This document shows positions 39,216-48,555 of a stretch of DNA of 64,000 nt, piece after piece (position 1 is the stretch's first letter; each line of letters starts with the position of its first letter). The notes beneath the pieces are model-generated. The model was not told the DNA's origin, ran no database searches, and saw only the letters and a list, made by a program, of their open reading frames with translations. Location of the stretch: the NCBI GenBank assembly GCA_963836205.1, contig CAWIIV010000011.1, positions 1 through 64,000 on the forward strand, written 5' to 3'. This DNA is from an uncultured Acidimicrobiia bacterium (GTDB taxonomy: Bacteria; Actinomycetota; Acidimicrobiia; Acidimicrobiales; AC-14). A program made the position numbers and the translations under genes.

Positions 39216-39842
39216 ATGCGCGCTCGTGTCCTCGTCGCTGTGGCGGCAATGGCCTTTCTCGTCGCCGGCTGCACCGACGACGACGACCCGGCCACCACGA
39301 CCACGTCGTCGGCGGTCGTGACGACGGTGCCGGTCAGCACCACCGGGGCGGGGTCGACCACGTCGCCCACGACCGTGCCCGCCGCGGTCGCGATCGTCCT
39401 GCACGCCGACGGACTCGGTGTCGTGGACTTCGGGGCCACCAAGGACGCGACGCTCACCGCCCTCGGAGCCCTCCTCGGCCCGATCGACGAGACTGGGACT
39501 GGTTGTGAGCTGGCCGGACCCGACGTCACCACCGCCCGGTGGGACGAGTTGCGGGTGCAGTTCGTCGGGACGGTGTTCGACTCCTACAACGTGCGCCCGC
39601 CTCCCGGCGAGGCCGCCGTCCTGGGCCTGAAGACCGACGCCGGGGTGGGGCTCGGTTCCACGGTGGCCCAGCTCGAGGCCGCCTACGGTTTGCAGCTCAC
39701 GATTCCCGGCCTGCCGCCCGAGTTCGGCGGCAACGACTTCCGGGTCACCTTCGGCGGCACCGGCCCGGAGTTGCTCGGAACGCTGTCCGACACCTCCGCC
39801 GCGGGCGTCGTCACCGCCATCTTCACCCAGGTCTGCGAGTAG
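39216..39842 (+). CDS. Hypothetical lipoprotein
   Basis: Lipobox LVAGC, Thr-rich linker, and GVGLGSTVAQLEAAYG. Confidence 0.8.
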   Translation: MRARVLVAVAAMAFLVAGCTDDDDPATTTTSSAVVTTVPVSTTGAGSTTSPTTVPAAVAIVLHADGLGVVDFGATKDATLTALGALLGPIDETGTGCELAGPDVTTARWDELRVQFVGTVFDSYNVRPPPGEAAVLGLKTDAGVGLGSTVAQLEAAYGLQLTIPGLPPEFGGNDFRVTFGGTGPELLGTLSDTSAAGVVTAIFTQVCE

Positions 39843-41004
39843 CCCGGAGGGCGGCGGCCACCTCCAGGCGGATCCGGAAGTCGGAGTCGCCGGCCAGGTC
39901 CTCGATCGGCGCCCGGCTGGGCTCGGCGCCCAGCTCGGAGAGTCCCCGAAGGGCCTTCCACCGGACCCACGCGTCGGCGTCGGCGAGGGCCGTCTCCAGG
40001 AGCGGCCGCAGGTCCTCCCGGCCGGCGTCGACCACCGCATCGACTGCGGCCCGCCGCACCGAGCGCACCGGGTCGGTCACGAGTCGGGCCCAGTCGGCCG
40101 CCGCGACCTCGGGGTCGGCCTCGCCCAAAAGGTTGGCCGCCACCTGCCGCCGGGACGGGTCGTCGTCGGTCGCCGCCGCCCGCACCCGGTCGAGGTCGTC
40201 GGCGTTGGTGGCGGGGCGGAGTGAGCCGAGGTCGCGCCACGCCCGGTCCAGGCGGCTGAGACGCTTGTTGTCGGCGGCCGGGGGCGTGCCGCCGACAACG
40301 CCCACGCCGACCATGCCGGCGCCGGCGGGGCCGCCCATCACCCGGGGAGCGCTCGTGTCGGGCGGGGCGTCGGGGTCGGCGAACTCGTCGGTGACCACGG
40401 CCAGGATGGGCCGCAGGACTCGTTCCCAGTCGGCCGCCCGGTGCAGGCCCACGGCCACGAAGTCGGGTCCGACGAGGACGTTGGCCACCTCGTCGTGCTC
40501 GGCGAAGAGGCGGGCGGCACCGGGGTCGTCGGCTGCGGCCGCGGCCGACTCGTACCAGCGGCTGGGTCCGCCGTGGATGGGACCCACCTGGAAGCGGATC
40601 GACCGGGGGTTGGGAGTGGCCTCGGGCACCACCGGCCCGCCGAACGTGCCCGCCAACAGGTCGGGCTCCGGGTCGGCGGCCGCGGGCCCGGCGGCGCCCG
40701 TCGTCGACACCCGCACCCCGAAGCGGTCGTCGACCCAGCCGTAGTCGAGGGTCACGTCGGGGCCGAGGTCGCGCCGCCACCTGCCGGCGCCGGGGCCCAC
40801 CGCGGCGGCGAGGGCGTCGTCGTCGCCCGGACCCCATTCCTCGGTCGAGAAGAACCGCTTGAGCAGCGCCTTGGTGGGGGCCAACGCCTCGAACGGGAGG
40901 GTGAGGAAGGCGTCGACGGTGAGGTGTCCGAAGGCGGCTCGGGCCAGGCCCCGCTCGACCACCAGCCGGCGGGCCTCATCCAGGTCGGCCCCGGACGTCG
41001 GCAT
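39823..41004 (-). CDS. Nfu_N domain + HEAT-repeat protein (CvfC-like architecture with an N-terminal extension)
   Basis: EATPNPRSIRF...VLVGPDFVAV...W, then HEAT repeats (DPVRSVRRAAVD, DADAWVRWKA, DSDFRIR). Confidence 0.8.
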   Translation of the reverse strand: MPTSGADLDEARRLVVERGLARAAFGHLTVDAFLTLPFEALAPTKALLKRFFSTEEWGPGDDDALAAAVGPGAGRWRRDLGPDVTLDYGWVDDRFGVRVSTTGAAGPAAADPEPDLLAGTFGGPVVPEATPNPRSIRFQVGPIHGGPSRWYESAAAAADDPGAARLFAEHDEVANVLVGPDFVAVGLHRAADWERVLRPILAVVTDEFADPDAPPDTSAPRVMGGPAGAGMVGVGVVGGTPPAADNKRLSRLDRAWRDLGSLRPATNADDLDRVRAAATDDDPSRRQVAANLLGEADPEVAAADWARLVTDPVRSVRRAAVDAVVDAGREDLRPLLETALADADAWVRWKALRGLSELGAEPSRAPIEDLAGDSDFRIRLEVAAALRATRRPG

Positions 41005-41091
41005 CGGACCGACGGTACCCGACGGAGATGTTCACACGATGGTGACCGGGCACCCCTTGCGCGGACCTTCCGACGGGGCAGAATCGCCCGC

Positions 41092-41997
41092 ATGCCGGTG
41101 CCCGTCCGCCAGGACCACGAGCTCATCGACCACGACGGGGTCGACTGGGCCCGCGTGGTTGGCAGCCGGTTCGTGATCCGCCAGCGGATGACGTACGTGT
41201 ACGACGGCCCCATCCACCACCTCCGCCACCGTCTGATGGTCGTGCCGCCCGTCCGCCACGGCGACCAGACGAGGATCGACCACGGCCTGGAGGTGATCGG
41301 CCCCGCCCACCGCATCGACCAGCGGGTCGACAAGTTCGGCAACCACCTGATCGAGGTGCGGGTGGCCCGGGTGAGCGAGATGGTGGAGTTCGAGACGTGG
41401 GCGGTGGCCGAGCGGGCGGCGGCCAACGGGCCTATCCGGGTCGACGCCAAGGCCCTCCACGACCCCCGGCTGCTCCAGCCGTCGCCGCTGACCTGGCCCA
41501 ACGACGCCCTGGAGGACGCCGCCCACCGCCTGCTGGCGAGCGGGGAGAAGGGGGCGGACCTGGCCCGGCACATCAACACGTGGGTGTTCCGGCTGATGCG
41601 CTACCGCCCGGGCGCCACCAACATCGACACCACCGCGGCCCGGGCGTTCGGTATGGCCCAGGGCGTGTGCCAGGACTACGCCCACGTGATGCTCTGCCTG
41701 TGCCGGCTGTGCGGGCTGCCCGCCCGCTACGTGTCCGGCCACCTCCTGGGCGAGGGGGGCAGCCACGCGTGGGTCGAGGTGATCGTGCCCGACCCGTCCG
41801 GCTCGGGGGGAGCGGTGGCCCTGCCCCTCGACCCCACCCACGGCCGAGCGGTCGGAATGAGCTACCTCACCATCGCCGTCGGCCGGGAGTACTCCGACGT
41901 GGCCCCCACCTACGGCACCTACTCCGGCGACGGTCGGGGCACGCTGTCGACCGTCAAGCGGGTCGGCGTGACGTCGGTGGACGTGGCGCCGGACTGA
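41092..41997 (+). CDS. Transglutaminase-like family protein
   Basis: Catalytic-type motifs GVCQDYAH, ARYVSG, SHAWVE, DPT and GREYSDVAP. Confidence 0.92.
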   Translation: MPVPVRQDHELIDHDGVDWARVVGSRFVIRQRMTYVYDGPIHHLRHRLMVVPPVRHGDQTRIDHGLEVIGPAHRIDQRVDKFGNHLIEVRVARVSEMVEFETWAVAERAAANGPIRVDAKALHDPRLLQPSPLTWPNDALEDAAHRLLASGEKGADLARHINTWVFRLMRYRPGATNIDTTAARAFGMAQGVCQDYAHVMLCLCRLCGLPARYVSGHLLGEGGSHAWVEVIVPDPSGSGGAVALPLDPTHGRAVGMSYLTIAVGREYSDVAPTYGTYSGDGRGTLSTVKRVGVTSVDVAPD

Positions 41998-42000
41998 GGG

Positions 42001-43686
42001 CTACGTCAGGAGGGCGGCGGCGCACCAGGCCCAGATCGGGCCCATGACCAGCAGGGAGTCGAGGCGGCGGAGGGCGGGGGCGTAGGCGGTGCGGTCGCCC
42101 AGGAGGGCGGAGCCGGCCACCGGGCCGAAGGGGGCCAACACCGCGGCCAGGGCGCCGAGCAGCAGGGGCGCACCGCCATGGAAGGGGGGCACGAACACCA
42201 CTGCCGCAGCCATGGTGAGGGGGAGGATGGCGACGACGCCGGCGGCGGGACCCTCCCACGCCGACGACGCCCCGGTGCCGACCAGGTATGCCCCCGCGTC
42301 GTAGAGGGCGGCGCAGGCCAGCAGGAAGAGGGCGGCGCGGGTGTCGATCGAGCGCAGGAGCACCGGTGCGGCGGCGGCCATGCCGACCGACACGCCGATC
42401 ACGAGCGTGAGGGCCACGTCGCGCCCGGGGGCCTTGGTGGGCGCCGCCGCCCGGGCGACCATGGTGAGGACGACGGCTCCGGCGACGACCATGTTCATGT
42501 GGTCGAGCCCGGTGGCCGCGGTGAGGGGCAGGGCGGCGGCGGCGGCAGCGGCGAAGGCCGGCAGCGGGCGCTCTCCCCGCTTGCGCCAGACGCTGGCCGC
42601 CTGGGACGCGGCCACGAAGGCGATCACCGCCATCCACACCGAGAGCCATCCCGGACCGGCGAGGAGCACCCCCGCGGTGACGACCGCCCACGCCACTCCG
42701 AGACGGCCGTGGGGACGGGTGCTCTGGTGGACGACGGCCAGGGGTGCCACCGGCTTGGCCTCGGGGACCGGGGCGGTGACAGGGACGGCCTCGGGCGCGG
42801 CGGCTGCCGCCTGCTGGCCCATGGGCGTGGGGACGGGCATGGCTGCCGGTTCCGGCGTCGGTGCCGGTGCCGGTGCCGATGAGGGCATGGGCTCCGGGTC
42901 GGGCATCGGTGCCAACGCCAACCGCCCCATCGAGCCACCGGCGGACGTCGGCGACGGCCCGGTCGGGAGCGGCTGGGACATGCGTTCGGGGTCGAACCGG
43001 TCGAGCTCGGCCGGGTCGTCGGGCGGCGGCGGCACCAAACGAAGCCGGCGGACGGGCCTGATGGTCCGGAGGGCCGGGCGTGATACCGGGCCCCCGATCG
43101 GGAACGCGGGCCAAACGCCGGGCAGACCGGGGTCGGCCGGGTCGGTCGAACCCATCAGCAGGCCCAGGGCCGTCGCCTCGGGCGAGTCGACCGGCCAGGC
43201 GATGCCCGACGGGTCAGGGAAGGCGGCCGGCGGGCCGGGGGTCGATTCGGGCGAGCCGATCGGCGAGGCGGGGGTCGGCGGATCGGGCCAACCCGTCGTC
43301 CCGTCGGGTGCCGGGTGTCCGGTCGAACCGGTCGACGGGCCGGGCGCCGATGGTCCCGGCCGACCGGCAGGCTCACCGGTCGGCGCTTCGGATGCCAGGT
43401 CGCCCGGGGCCGGGGGCCGGATGGTCCGGGCCGCGGCCTCGGCCGGGCTGGAGCCGCCGGAGACGGGGGGCAGGACGGCGACGATGTCGTGGGCGGCGAT
43501 GGGCATGCCCATCTCCGCGGGCTGGCCGTTCACCCACACCCGCGACGTGTCGAGCACCCGGCCGAAACGCTCGCCGAACTGGCCCCGGGCCTTGTCGAGC
43601 AACTCGGCCACGGTGGCGGCCTGGATCTCGGCGCGGGCGGTGCCCGCCGCTTCCCGAGCCGAGGCGAACAGGCGGAGGGTCGGCAT
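42001..43686 (-). CDS. MoaD/ThiS ubiquitin-like domain fused through a Pro-rich linker to a CdsA (CTP_transf_1)-like multi-TM domain
   Basis: LRLFASAREAAG...VNG...VAVLPPVSGG with no stop afterwards; C-terminal YDAGAYLVG, AWEG and LRRLDSL. Confidence 0.75.
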   Translation of the reverse strand: MPTLRLFASAREAAGTARAEIQAATVAELLDKARGQFGERFGRVLDTSRVWVNGQPAEMGMPIAAHDIVAVLPPVSGGSSPAEAAARTIRPPAPGDLASEAPTGEPAGRPGPSAPGPSTGSTGHPAPDGTTGWPDPPTPASPIGSPESTPGPPAAFPDPSGIAWPVDSPEATALGLLMGSTDPADPGLPGVWPAFPIGGPVSRPALRTIRPVRRLRLVPPPPDDPAELDRFDPERMSQPLPTGPSPTSAGGSMGRLALAPMPDPEPMPSSAPAPAPTPEPAAMPVPTPMGQQAAAAAPEAVPVTAPVPEAKPVAPLAVVHQSTRPHGRLGVAWAVVTAGVLLAGPGWLSVWMAVIAFVAASQAASVWRKRGERPLPAFAAAAAAALPLTAATGLDHMNMVVAGAVVLTMVARAAAPTKAPGRDVALTLVIGVSVGMAAAAPVLLRSIDTRAALFLLACAALYDAGAYLVGTGASSAWEGPAAGVVAILPLTMAAAVVFVPPFHGGAPLLLGALAAVLAPFGPVAGSALLGDRTAYAPALRRLDSLLVMGPIWAWCAAALLT

Positions 43687-43693
43687 GCGGCGC

Positions 43694-44528
43694 CTACCTC
43701 AGCTCGGCCCGGCCGTCGCGGATCACACGCTCGCCCCGGCTGGTGGCCTCGAAGGCGAAGGCCCCGTCGTCTGCCGCCGGGGTAGACGGTGGTGACCAGG
43801 TCGGAGCCGGGCAGCACCGGCTTGGAGAAGCGCACCGCCAGCCGGGCCAGGCGGGTGGGCTCGCCGCTGGCCACCGTCTCGATCACGGCCCGGCTGCACA
43901 TGGCCATCGTGCACAGCCCGTGGAGGATGATCCCCGGCAGCCCCACACCCTTGGCGAACTCGTCCTCGAGGTGGATCCGGTTGTCGTCGCCCGAAGCCGC
44001 CGCGTACCGCCAGGTCTGGTCGGCGTCGACCTTGGCCTCGAAGGTGGCCACCGACTCGCCCCGCCCCGACACGGGAAACATGTGGTCGGGACGCTCGGGC
44101 CCGCTCGCCTCCACATCGCTCCAGCCCCGCACGAACATGGTGCCGAACTGCTCCAGCATCTGCTCCCCCGAGTCGACGTCGACGCTCACCGCCCGCACCG
44201 TCACCCACGTCCCGGCCCGCGACGGCCGCACCGAGTACGGCCCGGCCACCGTGGCCAGCGTCGATCCGGGCACGAGCGGCCCCGAGAACCGCATGTCGTG
44301 GCCGGCGTGAAGCATGACCGGCTTCTTGTCCGGCGGCACGATGTCGAAGACGGCCGCGATCAGTGGGTCCCAGGCGGGCACCACGCCGAACACCGGGGGG
44401 GCGTATGTCCCGTCCAGGTAGGCGGGGTTGTCGTCGTTGGTGGCGGCGGCGTAGTCGAGCACCCGCTCGGGGTCGAGCGTGACCGTGCGCGGCGGGCGCG
44501 CGCCGAGGGTGTCGAGGGGGAGCGACAT
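43694..44528 (-). CDS. MaoC-family double hot-dog dehydratase (+1 frameshift near 43780)
   Basis: YAAASGDDNRIH, ILHGLCT and RFSKPVLPG. Removing one base restores the C-terminus AFAFEATSRGERVIRDGRAELR*. Confidence 0.85.
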
Positions 44529-44539
44529 TCCCCCCGAAA

Positions 44540-45379
44540 CTACCCGGCGGGTCCCGGACCGGGCGAGAGCCGCTCGTCCAGCTCCCGGAGAAGGCGGTCG
44601 GCGAAGCCTCGGGAGAGCAGGTCGGTGCCGTGTCCGGAGCCGGGCAGCAGCCACAGCTCCTTCGGCTCCCGGGCCCACTCGTACAGGGCCCGGGGGTGCT
44701 CCTCGCCGAAGTAGTGGTCGGCGGGGTCGGACACGAGCAGGGTGAAGGCGGGGGCGATCTGCGCCACCAGGTCGCGGGAGTCGGGGACGGGCAGGAAGTC
44801 GTGGGCGATGCGGGTCTGGAGCAGCCGGGCCAGCACCTGGCGGCCGGCGGGGGAGCAGGCCCAGCGGGCGACGCGCCTGGTGCCCGGCGTGTTCCAGACG
44901 CCCGACCACGCCGGCGGACTGATGGCGACGACCCCCGCGATGCCTCCCCGGGTGCCGGCATGAAGGAGGACGGCCGCCGCCCCCAGGCTGATCCCGACGG
45001 TGACCACCGGCAGCGAGGGGTCGGCTGCGGCCACGGCCGCGGCCACGTCGAGGGGCTCCTCGTACCCGAGGGTGCACAGCCCGCCTGACGAGCCGTGGCC
45101 CCGAAGGTCGGGGACGATCACGTGTGCCCGCCGGGCGAGGAGATGGGCGAAGGCGTGGATGCGGGGCGTCCGGGAGGAGTGGACGAAGCCGTGGGCGAGC
45201 ACCACCGTCGCCACCGCGTCGGGGGGGCCGACCAGGTGGGCGCCGGCCAGGCGCACACCGTCCTCCGTCACCAATGAGAGCCGCTCCTCGGGCCGGTACC
45301 GGGGACCGAAGGCGTGCTTGCGGGCGACCGTGACGACCGTCGACCCGTGGCGGCGGTTTCGCTGCCGGGCGTCACTCAT
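44540..45379 (-). CDS. Alpha/beta hydrolase
   Basis: HGF, DLRGHGSS, GISLG nucleophile elbow and C-terminal GH. Confidence 0.9.
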   Translation of the reverse strand: MSDARQRNRRHGSTVVTVARKHAFGPRYRPEERLSLVTEDGVRLAGAHLVGPPDAVATVVLAHGFVHSSRTPRIHAFAHLLARRAHVIVPDLRGHGSSGGLCTLGYEEPLDVAAAVAAADPSLPVVTVGISLGAAAVLLHAGTRGGIAGVVAISPPAWSGVWNTPGTRRVARWACSPAGRQVLARLLQTRIAHDFLPVPDSRDLVAQIAPAFTLLVSDPADHYFGEEHPRALYEWAREPKELWLLPGSGHGTDLLSRGFADRLLRELDERLSPGPGPAG

Positions 45380-45436
45380 GGCGAACCGGCGACACTCGAG
45401 GTCGCCCTGCGACCGGAACTGTCACCAGTTCGCAGG

Positions 45437-46939
45437 TCACGCAGGCGCGGCGTCGGCGATTTCGGCGCGGCGGGCCCGCCACTCGATCTCGGCCCGGCCC
45501 AGGTCGGTGGACGGGGCGGCTCCGTGCAGGTACTCGTTGAGCAGGTCGCCCCACCGGGCCCGGGCTCCGAGCCTGCCGAACAGCGCGCTCATGCCCCAGA
45601 CCACCCGGTCGAGGATCACGTAGGACGGGGGCATGTTCAACAGACGGATTACGTCGCCGAACTCGCCGTGGATGTCGAGCATCTTCTGCAGGGTGTGGCC
45701 GACGAACTCGGGCGTGAAGGTGAACTCCTCCTGCTGGAACGGGATGTAGGGCCCGCTGCAGAACTCGTACACCCGCTCCGCGGGCAGGCCGTGGTCGGGC
45801 GGGAGGAACCCGGCCCGCACCAGCGCCCGCACGGTGGCCCGGGGGTTGCGGGCGAGGACGGTGTCGAGGATGGGCGTGAGCGTCTCCAGCTCGCCCGGCG
45901 CCCACCGCTTCACCAGCCCGAAGTCGAGGAACGTGACCTTGCCCTTGTCGGGGTGGAACCGGTAGTTGCCGGGGTGGGGGTCGCCGTTGAAGACCCGGTG
46001 GTGCCAGATCGACCCCTCCGCGAACCGGAACAGGATCTCGGCCGCCTCCGCCTTCTGGGGCGGGGTGGCGGTGGCCAGGAAGTCGGCCCACGACAGCCCG
46101 TCCACCCAGTCGCTGGTGAGCACCCGCCGGGCGCTGCGCTCGGGGATCACGTCGGGGACGTGGATGAACGGGTGGCCGCGGTAGCGGTCGGCGAACTCGG
46201 CCTGGCAGCGGGCCTCCAGCCGGTAGTCGAGCTCGTCGCCCATGCGGGCCCGCAGCTCGTCGACCAGGGGCTTGATCTCCATGTTCTTGAGGGCGAAGGC
46301 GGCGAACATGCCGTAGAGCAGCTCGGCGTTGTCGAGGTCGGAGCTGATGGCCTGGTCGACGCCGGGGTACTGCACCTTCACCGCCACCACCCGTCCGTCG
46401 GGCATAACCGCCCGGTGGACCTGCCCGATCGACGCCGCCGCCACCGGGATCGGGTTCCAGTCGAGGAAGAGCTTCTCCGGACGCTCCCCCAGCTCCTCGA
46501 AGATCACGCCCTCGGCCAGGCTGGGGGCCATCGGGGGGACGTCGGCCTGGAGGGTGGCCAGGGCCGCCTGGGCCTCCGGTGGCAGCCCTTCGGCGATGAA
46601 GGAGAGCATCTGGCCCGCCTTCATGATGGCGCCCTTCATGCCTCCCAGGACCTCGGCCACGTCCTGGGCGGTGCGGATGGCGAACTGCTCCTCGAGCCGG
46701 GCCCGTCGCTCCTCGGTGGCGTGGCTGCCCCGCACCTTGACCACGCCCCACTGGGCCGCCCGGCGGGCACTCAGGCGCCAGATGCGGGCCTGGCGCTCGA
46801 GGCGGACCCGCCGGCCCTCGTCCTCCATGAGGTGGCGGACGGCGGTGGCGGCGGCCGCGGTGACCGCGGCCGCGCCGGCGACTCCGGCTGCGCCGGCCGC
46901 GATCGACCGCCGGGCGAGGTTGCCGAAGCTAGGTGCCAA
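45437..46939 (-). CDS. ABC1/AarF/UbiB family atypical kinase (start uncertain)
   Basis: MKAGQ, AAASIGQVH, VAVKVQYPG, ELDY, DPHPGN and LDFG motifs. Confidence 0.92.
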   Translation of the reverse strand: MAPSFGNLARRSIAAGAAGVAGAAAVTAAAATAVRHLMEDEGRRVRLERQARIWRLSARRAAQWGVVKVRGSHATEERRARLEEQFAIRTAQDVAEVLGGMKGAIMKAGQMLSFIAEGLPPEAQAALATLQADVPPMAPSLAEGVIFEELGERPEKLFLDWNPIPVAAASIGQVHRAVMPDGRVVAVKVQYPGVDQAISSDLDNAELLYGMFAAFALKNMEIKPLVDELRARMGDELDYRLEARCQAEFADRYRGHPFIHVPDVIPERSARRVLTSDWVDGLSWADFLATATPPQKAEAAEILFRFAEGSIWHHRVFNGDPHPGNYRFHPDKGKVTFLDFGLVKRWAPGELETLTPILDTVLARNPRATVRALVRAGFLPPDHGLPAERVYEFCSGPYIPFQQEEFTFTPEFVGHTLQKMLDIHGEFGDVIRLLNMPPSYVILDRVVWGMSALFGRLGARARWGDLLNEYLHGAAPSTDLGRAEIEWRARRAEIADAAPA

Positions 46940-47306
46940 AGCGGGCTTGGCGCTCGGCCATGGCCTGGTCGGCGAGGCACAGGCGGGCCGCGGGCACGGC
47001 GTCGAGGCGGGCCTCGTCGATGGGCTTGCCGCACGCCTCGCACAGGCCGTAGGTGCCCTCGTCGAGTCGGCGCAGGGCGTGCTCCACGTCGGCCAGCTCG
47101 GCCTCCACCCGCTCGATGATGGAGAGGTCCTTCTCCCGCTCGAACGTCTCGGTGCCGATGTCGGCCTGGTGCTGGTCGTAGCCCGAAAGCTCGCCCAGGC
47201 TGTCGGTCTGGGAGGCGTCGAGGCCCTCGTCGTCGAACCCGGCACGCACGTCGACCAGCCGTTCGCGCTCGGCCTCCAAATGCCGGCGGGCCTCGTCCGG
47301 ATCCAT
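46929..47306 (-). CDS. TraR/DksA zinc-finger protein (YteA-like)
   Basis: DQHQADIGTETFERE and GTYGLCEACGKPI..RL..VP..RLC. Confidence 0.9.
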   Translation of the reverse strand: MDPDEARRHLEAERERLVDVRAGFDDEGLDASQTDSLGELSGYDQHQADIGTETFEREKDLSIIERVEAELADVEHALRRLDEGTYGLCEACGKPIDEARLDAVPAARLCLADQAMAERQARFGT

Positions 47307-47348
47307 GCCCGAAGCCTACCGGTGTGCCGTGATCTTCGACTGCGGGGG

Positions 47349-47421
47349 TGGGCCGCCCGGGGCTCGAACCCGGTACCTTGGGATTAAAAGTCCCCTGCTC
47401 TACCAGTTGAGCTAGCGGCCC
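47349..47421 (-). tRNA. tRNA-Lys (anticodon TTT), CCA not encoded
   Basis: GGGCCGC acceptor stem, D-arm TAGCTCAACTGGTAGAGC, anticodon loop CTTTTAA and T-loop GGTTCGAGCC. Confidence 0.95.
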
Positions 47422-47883
47422 GGGGACCAGAGTAAGTCGGCCCGGCCGCGTCTACGGCGTGGATGAATTCGGACGTACCTTCGGCCGCCATGCGAGTCGC
47501 CCGATCAGGCAGCTACGAGTCTCTTCTGGAGCTGCTGCAGCGGCGAGCCTCCGGAGCGCTGACCGGCAACGCACGCCAGGCCGACAGGCCCCGGAACTGG
47601 CGACGCCCAGTGCACGGATGGGCCCGCTCCCTCCAGAGGGGTCTGCTCGATGAGGTCGTTGAGGGCCTCGCGTCGTGGTGGCTGTCGCACCCCGTCTGTA
47701 TGTTCGGAGGAGCGACTTCCCCCCAGAGCGACTCGTGAGGAGGTGAAGTCCACCGTGGTCGATCACACGGCGTTCCGAACCCTCGCGCTCGTGCCCTCCT
47801 GGGTCGGTGCGCTCCTGCCACGCCTGGCGACGGAGCCTGTCGAAACACGCTGCCTTGAAGCAGTTGGCATCTACTGTCTTTCC

Positions 47884-48555
47884 GTGCCGACCAGACTTCC
47901 ACCACTGACACTGGACGCACTCAAGGCGTCGGCCGCTGAGTACAGCAAGCTGCTGAGCGCGACTCCTGTTCCGGCCTTGTACGGGGTCACGGACGGCAAG
48001 GCCATCGGCTCCTACGTCGAGGTGGCGTTCAACACCCATATCGCCACGGTATTCGCGCAAGACCCCGGAAATGCCGCGAAGGGAATCGATTTTCCTGGGC
48101 TGGGCGTAGATCTCAAGGTAACGTCGATCAAGAAACCTCAATCCAGCAGCCCGTTCAGAGACGCGACCCAAAAGGTCTACGGGCTTGGTTACCATCTGTT
48201 GGTCTTCGTCTACGAGAAGACTGATGACGCGGAGCTCACGGCGGCGCGGCTGAACATCAAGCATCTGATCTTCATCCACCGCGACAACACGGGAGACTTC
48301 CAGACCACGACCGGTTTGGCCAAGATACTCGACAGCGATGGAAACATCGACGATGTCGACGCCTTCCTGGAGGAACGCAATCTCCCGCTCGACGATATTG
48401 GAAGACGCGCCTTGGCCGACCGCATCATGGCCGAGCGTCCAGGCATTGGATTCCTGACCATCTCGAGGGCCTTCCAGTGGCGGCTGCAGTACACGCGTGC
48501 GATTGTCCTGGCGTCCTCTGGCGAAACCAGCGGAGTCTACGATCTCAATGCCTAA
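47884..48555 (+). CDS. Type II restriction endonuclease, NspV-like
   Basis: LYGVTDGKAIG, KGIDFP.L.VDLKVTS (PD-D/ExK) and PQSS.PF...QKVYGLGY; coupled to the MTase. Start placed at GTG 47884. Confidence 0.8.
   Translation: MPTRLPPLTLDALKASAAEYSKLLSATPVPALYGVTDGKAIGSYVEVAFNTHIATVFAQDPGNAAKGIDFPGLGVDLKVTSIKKPQSSSPFRDATQKVYGLGYHLLVFVYEKTDDAELTAARLNIKHLIFIHRDNTGDFQTTTGLAKILDSDGNIDDVDAFLEERNLPLDDIGRRALADRIMAERPGIGFLTISRAFQWRLQYTRAIVLASSGETSGVYDLNA

Noticed and set aside
46752-46763. att-like copy of the tRNA-Lys 3' end (TGGGCCGCCCGG)
   Set aside because: It is only 12 bp, very GC-rich, lies inside the ABC1 kinase gene, and has no integrase nearby; likely chance.
47463-47738. Controller (C) protein of the R-M system
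   Set aside because: No HTH pattern is recognisable in this 91-aa ORF.
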